From Lingula anatina (taxonomy: Eukaryota; Animalia; Brachiopoda), in assembly GCA_051362555.1 (NCBI GenBank), contig CM120647.1, positions 3,348,001 to 3,412,000 of the forward strand: 64,000 nucleotides of DNA, given 5' to 3'. Positions 25,723-39,300 of this stretch are shown here, piece by piece. A program made the position numbers and the translations under genes. The notes below the pieces were generated by a model that saw nothing but the letters and a program-made list of their open reading frames with translations, was not told the origin of the DNA and ran no database searches. Position 1 is the stretch's first letter. Each line of letters begins with the position of its first letter.

Positions 25723-28700
25723 CTGAAATAAAGAGAATATAATTTGTTTCATTTACTTGCGGTAATCTTTTCCTGTACATCATCCTCGGTTTACCTTCTT
25801 TATTTCTTTCATTTTTTGGTCATTTTACTTTTTTCTTAGCTTGGCGTGTCCCCAAATGCGTTATTTGTAAATATACATGTACATGTTCAGAAAACATACA
25901 GGTATTGCACGCATAACTAAGGACTTATAATTAGTAATACGTGCAAAACGTATTTGAAAAACGTATTATTATAAAATTACGCTATTAGCCTATACATCAT
26001 CGGGCGTGGAAATTATCAGGTGTTTGTGTTCGTTTAGATACATGTTAACTTGGTCATTATTTTGAGCTACTATAACATACCTTGCGTTGTCGTCGTCTTC
26101 GGCGTTGGTACTGTCCCACTATCTGTCACTTTACCAGCGGTGCCCGTGGTTGAAGAACTCCCAAGGGTCGTGGAAACCGATGCTACGGTGCTAGTCGTAG
26201 GGGTCACAACGACTGTATCATTTCGCCCCTCAACAAGGTGTCCGTAGACAGAAATAACAACAGGCAAGATGGCGGACTTTGGTGGTTCTCCTCCATCCTC
26301 CGCCAAAATGGTAAGGTCATATCGATACTGGACTGGGTACCGGACGACGATCAGCTCTCCAGTGTCTTCATTGACAGCAAATACAGCATCAGGGTTGCTT
26401 TCGTTGGTTATAGAGTGTCGAACCGTTCCGTACGACCCACTGTCTTTGTCTGTGGCCAGGAACCGCCCTACCGTGCGTCCTAGCTCGCCACTGGCATTCA
26501 CTGGGATATCTGGGAAACCAACCAACTGAAAAACTGGCGCGTTATCGTTGACGTCTTGGACAATGATGGCAACCTTGGTGGCAGCACTCTTGGGCGGTAC
26601 GCCCTTGTCAGATGCCACTACTGTCATAATGAACTCCTGCGGAAGAGTGTCGTAGTCCAGTTTGGCTACCACTGATAACTGTCCCTGACTGTCCATGTTG
26701 AAGAACCGCTCCGCTCCGTTGCTTCCAGAGAAAGTATACTCTAGTTTGCCATTTCGCCCTGTATCTAAGTCTGTCGCGTTAACCACGGTAATGTTCTCTT
26801 GAAACACGATAACAGTCCCTGGTGGGGCATTCTCCGGCACAGTGCCATTGTACCAGTTGTATGCAAACATTGGGCTGTGATAGTTAGAACCAATTCTAAT
26901 AGAACAGTCGACACCGTCGTATTCATCCAGACACTCGCACTGGTTAGGTGAGACACAACTTCCATTACCAGAGCAGTTGGCCACATCACTGCAGACGGGC
27001 TCGTCACAGCGTTCACCCAGCCAGCCGGGAGAACACAAGCACGTGTCCAAAGATACACACTGTCCATTGCCTGCATAAAGGAAATACGAACACAAGTATG
27101 TTACATAGCGTAATAGGGAGAGCAACTAATGCAATCGTTGAGGCGCTAACCCATGAGACTTACGACTTTGTTTTAAACTAGTTTATTCCGCACTAAGGCA
27201 ATGCAATCGTGTGCAAACTCCCAATGAACGCATTACTGGCAGATACCTGCTGGTCAAGTGGATGTTTTAACGCTTTTCTTTGAAAGTAAACGGGTTAGTC
27301 GCACAGATAGAATAAATATATACAACCATATATAATATGACATTGTGAGTACGTATTGAGTTATACAGTTATTACCAGAGCAGTATCCAAGAGCTTCACA
27401 TGAGAAATTAGAGCAGCCATTTCCCCCGAAGCCTGTGTCACAGTTACAGAGGTTGGGCTCCAAACACACACCGTGTCCTGAACAGTTGTTTACGGTTGAA
27501 CATGAGACGGTGTCACACGTGTCGCCACGGTAGCCTTCAAAACACCTGTTACAAATATCATTTTAGAAGGGAGAAAATAAAATCATAAATACATGTAGGT
27601 ACTGTTTTCCCCCCTCTGAAATTCTCTAAATTTGTCATACGGCCAGTTGTAACAATTTTAATATCATCTTATTTTAAGTGTCACAAAGAGACCCAGCCCA
27701 TACTTTGATCTTACATATATTTTAAAAACAGTTGTTACGTGTCGATTTAATAGACAATTGCTGTGGGATTTCTGTTATTATGATATATATAACCAAACGC
27801 CTACCACCTCTAAATGAAGGTAACGGAAAGTACCATACCTGCACATAACAGCCGTATCATTCCCTTCAAAGGCAGCGCATATACCGTGGCCACTACAGCC
27901 ATTTAACGATGTGCAATTTTTCACTGCGGTACAGTTTTCACCATGGTAACCGTCATAACACGTGCAGGTGTGAGGTGACGTACACACCCCGTGTAGGGAG
28001 CAGTCATTATTTGAAGAACAGTCTGGCAGAGCGCAGCTGTCACCTTGCCAACCATTGTCACAACTGCATACGTCGTATCCTTTACACTGACCGTGGCCTG
28101 GAAAGGTACATGCTTCAACATTCTTATAATTGAACTACTGACCACATAACAGTTACATACACAGTGTATACTGGCATATCGTATAGTACTGCTTTATTCT
28201 ATCGCATATTGTTACAATTATACAAAAAACGTTTTGTATTTCTATTTTTGTGTACTTTCTCAAATTCATCCTTTTTTCATATTATTCACGTAAAAACAAT
28301 CGTAAAAATCTCTCCTATGAACAACACACCTGAGCACGCCGCCAGACGTTCACAAGAAAACTCTGTGCAATTTGGCCCCGCCCATCCGCTGTCACATTTG
28401 CATACGTCAAAGTCCACGCAGACCCCGTGACCGGAGCAGTCAGACACGTTGAAACAAGTTGCAACGATGCTACAGTCACTACCTAAATATACAGAATTGA
28501 AGACGTGCATAAATAAGTGTTCGTGCATTTTTGCCACAGAAACATGGTACATTAATTTATATACAGGTAAGGTGCATTCCAAATAAACAATTTTTACTTA
28601 GATCGATCCAACTGCCATCCAACTCGGGTGATTAACTTCAGTTTGCGCTCGGCTTCTGGAAGATTTTGCCCTCTGCCTTGAAAACACACTGTGGAATTTA

Positions 28701-31027
28701 CGCAGTATTCCACACAATTCCACATTGTGAAGTCATAGTTAATCAACATGTTATTATCTAATTTGCGTCTGTCCTGTAAACATAAATGTTATTTTCTGTA
28801 GAGGCCCATAGGTAGGCCTATGCTTGAGACAGATGCATATCACCTGTTAATATTGCACAACGATTAGTATGTATTGTAGTATGTTAGTATGTAATAAGTA
28901 GCAGCCACATGTACATGCATGTACGCATTGATTCCCTGTAGATAATCTGTATATAACTTGAAGCCTGTACATAATAAAGACACTTTTTTGATCTGAGACT
29001 GAAGATGTGAGGTTGTTCTGTTATGCTTCTCTGTGCACGTAAAGTGAAAGACTGAGTCGAATCTGGAGTCATGTCGGAGCCCATAGATTAGTTAATTCGT
29101 TAATGGAAATTGATGCACTGAAATTCAGTACAGTTATAAATTAAAGTTAAAGTCATTTTAGACGGTTCACAACAACACGAAAGTTAATCCTTATTGTAAC
29201 GCATACCCACAAATCCTGGTAGACACCAACACCTGTTGGTCCTGTAACACACGCCGTGGTACTCAATACATACCCACAAATCCTGGTAGACAGCGACACC
29301 TGTTGGTTTTGTAGCACACACCGTGATCCTCGTCAGTGCAGTTATTAACATACAGACACGTTGCTGGAATAGAGTATGGCGTTGATGTTAATAGCACATT
29401 TTAAGAAAACTTATGTATTGTGAGGTATGGCACATTATGATATGCATCATACCTATTCCTCTTCTATACACTTACTCATATTATAGCGTTACTGTTGCGA
29501 TGCTTTGAAGCTTTCTATTCAACACAATGTTCTTAAAATAAAATACATCATAATGATTAAATTAATTCTACTAGACATAACTTCTTGTTTCTTGATGCGT
29601 TTTATAAGTCTCTTCCTGACCAAAGAAGACTTGAAATCGTGACTGCGATACATTTGTTTATTAACAAGACTGATAATGGTTAGGCCACAACCGTCAGAGG
29701 AATGTTTGGTGGTGAAGCGTGGCGAGCGAAAGGAGAATAAATGCTATACAGTACACAACTGTGACTATCGTACAAAATAGAGTGCTCCAGAAGAGCAATC
29801 GAGTGCATGCAGTAAACGGGTGTTTTGTAAGTTCCTTAAAGTTACCTTTCTGGTCACAGGCTGTCCCTTCCCAGCCCACAGTACACACACAGAAACCGCT
29901 GTCACACACACCATTGACGCAGGCACCACAGGAACCTGTATGAACCAGAGTGATATTGGCATAAGTATTGTCACTTGTATTATAATTCAAACCATATCTA
30001 TATTTATATAAATTATTATTATTATTATTGCACAGAGCAGTGGATGTCGCAGTTTCATAAGAAACATGTTTAGAAACAAAGTGGAAAAGAAAAAAGTGGA
30101 AAAAATATTGTTGTGTATAAGTAGGTCAGCTTATGACGTCACCATATAGCGAGAGCATGAGTATCTCGAGAGCGTTAGTTTAGACAGACGCTGGAGTATG
30201 AACGGATAGGAGACTGTTTTTTTTTTTGTTTTGTTTTGGGACTTTTGAAGGAGAATATTTTTTTTTGGAGCCTATTTACCACTGAACCGACGCTCATATT
30301 TTCTACTGGAACTTGCATCGTAATTACTGTGGGATTTCATCGGACACTTTCACTGAACTTTGAGCCGATTTATCTCCATTCAATCTCCAGTCGACGGATT
30401 CACATCGGACTTTCACACAGGACACTTCATGCTTTCAGATAGGTTTATTTGTGTATTAAGAATAGCTTATTGTTATTGTCATTAGTTTATTTAGTTTTAA
30501 TAAAATATTAAAACTTCTTTAAATCTTTTGTCATTGATTTTTCCTGGCATTGGGTAGGCCCCTACTCTGACCCGTAACAATATCTAAATAGACATTGAAT
30601 ATCTTTTTGCTAAGATATATGTCAACTCCACCTTTGTATATCTCCTTGTAGGGCGTTGTCCAAAGTGACATGTTACATGTACCTACCTATTGAGCAGTCG
30701 GTTCCAGTCCAGCCGTCGTTACATTGACAAGTGCTGTTCACACACCTCCCTTTACCATTACACTGACCGGGACAACCTGGCAATAACGTTATATTATAAG
30801 ACCACAGACACAGATGTGGTTGTATAAGCATGCAGGTATGCATATATTATTGTATACGTCTAGCAAAGGATATTAATTAAGCAGTTAAAATAACACAAAA
30901 TAAAACTGGGATTTGAAAATAAGATAAAGAATGGTAACGCATGCGCACATACACCTTTATTTATGGTTTTATAATATCCATTAATATTCTCAGTTTTATC
31001 AATCAGTTATTATATCTGGTTGTGCCA

Positions 31028-31097
<70 letters not shown>

Positions 31098-31225
31098 TTT
31101 TTTCCAACTCTCTACGTGCTACCAGACTGTGAAACTGCACATGTACAAAGTATGTTAGCGTTTTTATACGGAATATTTATCGATTTTTATTTAAGCCAGG
31201 CAGATAAGGCAAGCAGTGGTGTTAG

Positions 31226-31277
<52 letters not shown>

Positions 31278-34200
31278 TACTCACTTAATTCGTATGTTTC
31301 TTGGTTGGAGAAAGTGATATCTTTCGTGACCACGATGTCATAGACACACTCCTGCAGTAATACGCCCTCCAGTCCTTTTCCCTGACATACCGTCTCTGCA
31401 GCCTGAATATTGGGGTAATGACGGTATAGCATTATATAGGTTGCAAATGTTAATGTTACCTACTCGGGCTCATCTTTACACCTTACCTACTATGCTACTA
31501 ATTTTGATAATCCAATGATTTGGAATTAACCCATGTACCCGTTTTCCTTGAATGTACTGGGGTATTTGGAAATAACTTCAAGAGCTTTCTAAAACTATGC
31601 GGTGATGTAAAGCACAAGTGAAGCATATGCAACAATAAGTGTTCCATACAAAAGTACTTTATCAGTTGATAAAAGTCGTCTTGAAACAGACCGGTTTCAT
31701 ATTAAGTATCTTATCAAATTGTTTACCATACGTTAACAGCATAATTCTGTATTGATATACCAGGGTGACATTGCGTATTTGTGATAAACACAGTCATTTT
31801 GGCCACAATGGCTAAGCGTTATATACAGGTAAGAGGTCACTGACCTTCATCTCAGCCTGTGATACGTTCACAGGACTGTAGACCGGATTGTATAGACTGG
31901 GGTCGGTGTAGGAGGGGTCCATGACGTCATCAGCGTGGAAGTTTGAACTGTCCCAGGACCAACTGCCGTATAATCCAGAACCAGAAAACGAAGTACTTAT
32001 TCTCCCTGTGGTGATAACGACAAATGTTAAAAATGTTTCAAAGGAGTAAATGGTTGAAATTCGAACAGTTAAGGCAGTGTTGTTATCACCGATTTCTAAA
32101 CATGCTAAAGAATATGACATATTAATTACAAGTCTGATTTTCTACACATCTATATGCAGTCTACAGACAATATGGTGTTTCATCGCCATACTCTGAATTT
32201 CAAAGAGAAGAAGTCAAGAATAAATATGTAATCAAGCTCATCAGTACATTGATCATTCTCTCTAATAGTTGTTGTATTATTTTTTTTCCTTATGACTCAC
32301 ATGACTCGGCAAATTCCACTGCCTTGTCCTTGGTGACCACGGTACCATTGGCCATGGTGAAATCGTTGTCCTGGTTGTCGTCCATCAGTCCGCATAGTCC
32401 AGACGTCTGCCCCTTAAAACTGGCAGTTAGACCAGAACGTACGTTAAGGAAGAGACGCCCCATCACCGGACTGAACCGGACGTCTACTGTGACAGATACA
32501 CCTAAGGGGAAATAAAGCGTTGACAATATCAGTGCCAATCAACACAGGCGTGAGGAAAGAAACGGAGTAACTGTTCAGATGATGGAAAAATTAAATGGAC
32601 TTTCTTTAAACTTCTTTTGTATTGGGCATCGTCCACGACATTAATTATAAACTAAAGATGCAATCACAGTATAAGCAGTCACTGAGCCATTCGTTCTGCC
32701 CCTAGGACTAACATGGTTGAAATACGTAGCTAATCCCGCCTACCCCCCTTCCCAGCTCCTGCGGCTATGCCGCACCATATATAGTGGAACACATATTAGC
32801 AACTCACAGCTACATTGTATATCACATCCAGAGGCTATCCTGTATGAGAATATTCTCTTCAAATTACGTGCCTAGGTGAAAGAACATAAATATTACAGTA
32901 TACATACCGGTGTCATACTGGATTGCAATCATCATCACGGCACCAGTGGTGTTGTTCCTGACCTTAGCAATATCTACAATGACGGTGTCGTTGTTAAGCG
33001 TCAATCTTGTGTTGTTTTTGGTTATGCTCTGGACTAGCCCGTCAATTCTGAGTAAAAAAGAATTTTTATCTTAACGTACGTATGTGTGTTTTATATGCCA
33101 GATATTACCGTGAGGTACATGGCACGTGTAGTAAGACGTCTACAATAACGATCATTTTAATGATATTTTTAAAAAATCTAAGAACAATACATCCATTCGT
33201 TTTATTGACCATATGATTGATAAAACAAGCGCAACCATCATGCTGTTTGTTAGATCCAAAGTTTGATAGAATAGTTCCGGATTTTAATGTCATATTATTC
33301 AAAGGCAATATTACTAGTACACTCTTTATACACTTCCAATTCACCTTAAAGTAGGAAGAGTGGTTTCAGTAGCAGTGACCGGTGTAGTAATGGTGGCCAC
33401 ACTGTGTCCGACCTTGAGCGCGGCAGCACCGACAAGTGACGCTTGTTTATAGCCAAAGAACCTGACTTGTACGCCAAAGTCGTTAGCTGTACTCATACAA
33501 TCCCAGAACTCCCCGATACCATGGTAGTCATAGGAAATACCTTAGGAAACAATGAATTCATACAGCAAGTTATACCATTACTTTAGCAAACATGGAGCAC
33601 AACGGTTATTTCATTTCAACGACTACTTTCCTTTGTTTTTCGAGATGGTATGATTAAATCAGGAAATTAACATCGATGCACACTAAACCGCCAAAGAAGT
33701 GTAAAGAAAAAATATATTAATACTCTAAAATAAACACGTATGTTACAAATGTGATTCAAAGAACCGCAGTATATTATGCCTTTCCATTTTGAAAAACATG
33801 TCTAAAGATAAAGTGATTTAAATTCGATGAGAAATTTTGACGATGTTTACCTACCATCTGCTGTTTGTAAGTGAGGATCACCTCCCATGTTTCTTGGTAT
33901 TCTGACACTACAACAGACGCCGGTCCAGAATTGGGAACACACACACCTGGAGCTACAGAAGTACGACTGAGGGGTGCAATCACCATTGCCAAAACATTCT
34001 GAAATGCAAAAGGGGTGTTTGTAATGTAAAGGCTCTATCTGATTGTATGAATTCAGCGGCTAGTTTATAGAACATTTAGCAAAGATAAGACACAAAGAAA
34101 TAATAAAGTTGATATAGTGATAAATATTTCGAAGGAAAGCATTTGTCAAAAAAAAAAAAAAAAAATTGAAAATAAATGTCTATTTTGCTGTGTAAATTCA

Positions 34201-36318
34201 AGACAGCATATGGTGCATTTACACTTAAATTTGGGGCGATTCACCTTGCAACCCGTTGTCCGTCTGTAAACTGCATGGCTCACAGTCCGGCTGGTCACAC
34301 TGCTCTCCACGTCGACCTCGTACACAGGCAGGGTACAGTCCACACTGGGTCTTCTCACGGCAAACACAACGACAGTCTTCCCACACGGGCTTGTAGGCAG
34401 AGTCACACACCGGGCAGCTGTAGAAGCAAAAACTAGACATTCAAATCAGTTGACATCAGTAGTTCCGAAACTTATAACACGTAACTGCAAATAGTTCCCC
34501 CATTACAAGCATGTTCGAAAAATTTCCGAATACACCAGGCGTCCACGTTCATCAATATAAGAATATTCCTGTCTATGCTTCTACGCGGGGTGCAATATAC
34601 TCACATATCATTCGGACAGTAACACGTTCCATCACTAGCTATAACCGAGTTCTGGCAGTTTTTACATTCACATGAACAATGACAGCCACCATCAGGTTTA
34701 ACGGTACCATAACCGCCATTGGGACACTCACAGCCACACTAGAAATATACACATTGATAGAATGGGCAGAAATATAATAACAGTAAAATATGGTTTCAAG
34801 ATCGATTGATATACGGATGTCAAAAGCATTAGGTCAGTTAAAGTTGTACACAAAAATTCACTGAAATATTAACGATTTGCCTTGGTTCCATTATTTTGAA
34901 ACATAATCAAAATGATAACAATGATGTCTGGATTGCACTGCGCATAGAAATCATTCGATTCAACCATAATCTTAAAAATTCTTTAAACCTTCTTAAAACC
35001 TTCATGAAAATTTACAAAAAAACACCAAATTTTATTTTATGAATATGTACATGTACCGTACCTCACACGTGCCGTCTGCGTTCATCTTCCGTGGCCAACC
35101 GTCCGCACAGTGACATGGACACGCAGGCTGAGATGGGTCATCAGTGACCACCTTTTTAGTTTTACCATCCGGGCACTTGTCACACTGGCAACTGTGGTTA
35201 TACTGTGAATCATAACCAAATATTAACAACTGATTCAATATCATAATATGACTTTCATATTATATTTCAAAAATTTGCCATCGACTTAAATTTGTAAATG
35301 TTTTATTTGGTTGCTTTCGGCCATGAAGTTTTGATGTTGAAAGACTAATTTAATGTCGAGAACGGACACAGAAACGTATTAAGCGATAGAAATTTACCTG
35401 CAACACAAACTTTTTAGTATCAGGATTGTCCAGGCAATAAAAACACAAATGACACAAATCACCTCAATACTACTGCTTCCATCAGGACATAGGCAGGTAC
35501 CAGGTCCAACAGCACACGTGCTGGCTACGGTAGCTGGCCTACAGTGCCTGTAATGCCGGTTAAATTATATTTATTAATGATCACCATTCAATGCCCTTAA
35601 AAAATATACCTAAATGTGGTATAAAAAAGACATAATTTAAGTTCTAATATCATGGCCTCGAATTGATAAGCTGACGCTCTTGGTTAACATTTAACATAAC
35701 TGTATGGTAATGCACCTTGATATTGAAACACCTAACTGATGGCGCTTGAACTGAAATACGTAATACACACATCGGATATGAAGATGTCAAACATAACGGT
35801 TCACACACTTACGCAGAAACTTTTACAGAATCAGGAACAAGCACATATTCTTCAAGGCTTCTGAAAATCGAATATGCCGCTTCTAAACGAAGAAACCCAG
35901 CGTCTTTTCTGTACCCCGGCCCCGCTTTGTGGACCACAAGGTGCACGCCCTCACGCCCGGAACAGGTCTTAGAACACGTGGTAATGTCCAAACTGTCCGT
36001 GATAGGGGCTGTAGTCGTGTATGTGACAGTCTCAGACTGACTGACAACACCGGGGTCTGAAACAACAATGACGTGTGTTAAGATACTTCATGGTATATTA
36101 CCACTTCATAGGATAAGAATTACTACTTCATGATAGAAGGCGACTTCATTGGTTAAAAAATAAGGACCCTTAGGAGACTTCGTAGTATATTACCACTTCA
36201 TGGTACATTGTATCCAAACATGTTTCAGTTCTGGTTGGATGTGGAAATTAGGCGTAAAGGTCGATATGAAGTTTCATTCTAGACCATGATTTCCAGAGTG
36301 ACGCGTGTATTTGAAATG

Positions 36319-36364
<46 letters not shown>

Positions 36365-39300
36365 GTAACATTACTCACTCTCATGATAGTGCGTATTTTA
36401 TCTCGTTGAAGTTTAATGAAGCTGTTATTTTCAGATGTTCTCGTAGATACCCGTGAGATTAACTTCTATAAATAATGTACTTTATTTCAAGAGCTCCGGT
36501 CCAGTGACGGAAAGCATAAAGCTAGTTTTTTGTTTTACCCATTTAGTTTTGAGATTTTTCAGATTTCAGGACGATTAAAAACTGATAATATTTGGACGTT
36601 GAATCATGGCGGGTCTAAGGCACTAGATGTATAAGACAAACGAAGTGTATAAATAAACACATTGCCTGCCTTTAAACTAGGGCATAAAACTGACCATGTG
36701 TGGTTTGATTGGCGGCGCAGGTTTATAGATGTGGCTAGTACATAGTAGCAAGAATGTATGTCTTTCCACTGTAGGTAGAGAACTCTACTAGGCAGAGAGG
36801 TTTTAATTTTGCTCCACACTAGGTGTACATTAATATCTTTAACAAACCGTCTATTCCATTATTCGTGTTATAGAAGTATCAAGTATCTCTTTTGTAACTA
36901 TGACGTAAATGTTCTGACTTGCAATAACAAGCTGTAAAAATAGGCTTTTCTATTGATATGCAACATAAATGTTTCGAAAATATTTCGGTCGTTTAAAAAG
37001 ATAGACCTCCTGGCCTATATACTTAATGAAAACGCTTAGGTCGGAAAGTCTGAAATCTGAATGATTTGAAACGGTCAACTGTCCAGATACATGTAGATGT
37101 TGGGGAGAATGAAATACTGGGGATTCATAAAACTGGTGTAGAGCCGCATTTTGCAACTGCAACGCATTTTGCAACCAAGAAAATCGTGAAAACGAATTTT
37201 TCAACCGGAACGCATTTTGCAACCAGAGTTTTTTCTAAGTCAATAAATAGCTAGTGTGAAGTTCTATAGAGGTAAAATTGGAATGGGGACGGGGTTGTCT
37301 AGGCTAGGAACGCTTACATTGGTCAAGCTTTCCCTGTGGTGGACAATTTATTATATACATACATAATCTATTTCACATTGTTACTTCCTAAACCATCATA
37401 GTTAGGAACTTGATACATCGGGGATTAATAAACCTATCATTATAGAAATTTGCAAAGGCTCTTCAGAATTCAATTGTGACTTGGGGTGTGGTCGACCCTG
37501 GGGGTGGTCTATTCTAATTTTTTCATCGTATTTTACGCTAGGAACATGAAACGTGGGTACAAACTATTTTGAATGTGGAAGGGCACTTCGGAATTTTTTT
37601 TTTTTGGGGGGGGGGGGGGCTGGGGGCGTTGAGTCTAATTGGCATTGTTATTCCTGCTTCCTTAGACCAATAAAGCTGGGAACGTAAGGCTATGGGGATT
37701 GAAAAATCTGTCTTTGGGGATGTGTATGGGTCCTTCTGGGTTTTTGTGACATTGGGTGTGGCCGTCCCTGGGGAGATTGATTTTAAATTTTACATCGTTA
37801 TTCGTGCTTCTACCCTTAGGCCTACGCCATTACAGTTGGGAACATGAAATCTTCCGGGCTGATAAGCTTACCATTGAGGATATGCATCTAGGTTTCCGGG
37901 AATGTTAGTATGATATTTCAGGTGTGGCTATCCCGGGGGGTGGTTGATTCAATTTTTCACAACTTTATTTCTGCCATCTATACCCTTAAATTTTAATGAA
38001 CATGAATCGGAGATTGATGAACCAGTCATTTTAATGAATGTGCATGGGTCCTTGAGAAATGTAGAGAACAGCAGAAGCACATACAGAACTAAATGGACTT
38101 CCAGCCATATGCATAAATATAGGTCAGGGAATCCAATTAAAAACTAATTCAAGGCCCCACACACTCGATCAGGAATCCTAGCGTTTAACTGCTGATGTGT
38201 CTTAACAAAAAACCAAAAAACAAAAATGTTTATTTTCCAAGAGCAGTAATTAACATATGTGTTTTATGTTAAAGAACAATGGGACTTGGACCCTAGGATT
38301 CCTGAGAGTATGGGGTCTTGAATGGGTTTTAATTAACTTGACCTATATTCAAGAATACGACTGAAGGTCTGTTATTTAGTCTGCTGCTTGCTCTACATTC
38401 CCCTTCCTTCTTAACTCGAAGACCGCCATCAGATTCACAAATAGGATGTAGTACTAGCTGGGTCGGTCCAACTCTGCAAGGAATCTTAAGTGCAATCTAT
38501 GGAATCAGTTTCATTGCCTGACAAACCACTAATCACTCCACCCCCTAGGGACGGCCACACCCCAAGTCACACTAATGTAGCCCACCCATGCACCAAAGAC
38601 TCATGTTCCTAATTCGAATGGTCTAGGGGGAGATGAAATAAATTACGGTAATATATATGTGTACCATCCCCAGGGACAGCCACACCCCAGGTCACAAAAA
38701 AAAAAAAAAAAAAAAAAAACCCTGCCTATGCACACCCCGACATTTTAGTTTCCTCAACCTAAAGACCTATGGGTATATAGCAGAAAATACAATTTAAAGA
38801 TAATAATAGTCAACCACCCCTAGGTCACCAAAGTCACCAAAAATCCGAAGGACACGTGCACATCCCTAATGGCAAGTTTAAATATCCCCAACGTCTCATG
38901 CTCCTCACTTTAATGGATAGAGGATACCATTAACAACGATATAAAAAATATATACCCCCCCCCCCAAAGGACTGCAAAGTCCCTCTACTAAAGGTCTACG
39001 GGTAGATAGCAGAAATTACGATGTAAAAATTACAATCAACCACAATTCTGAATAAATATCAAGCCTGTTGATCTCTCAGATCAATTACGTTAGTAAGCCT
39101 GCTAAACAACGAGTAGGCCTACCCCCCCACCTCCGAACGCCTTATTAACAGGTTTCCAAATGCAAACTGTGCCGCAGATAATACTTTCGGGTCAATTGAG
39201 AGCCAGCCAAGGGCACATTTCGGGGACACCATTGATCACATCATGATGGACATTCACAGGTGTAGGACCAGAACAGAGCATCTCGGAAACCAAGGGACAA

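Noticed and set aside
26081-27070. A classical cadherin or protocadherin gene
   Set aside because: There are only two cadherin repeats at the end of a much larger mosaic protein, and the tail has no recognisable catenin-binding motif.
30045-30579. Solo LTR (TGT...ACA with an AATAAA)
   Set aside because: No TSD and the terminal inverted match is poor. It may be a repeat fragment, but I cannot support the call.
30941-31277. YIYIYI ORFs
   Set aside because: Translation of (TA)n microsatellites.
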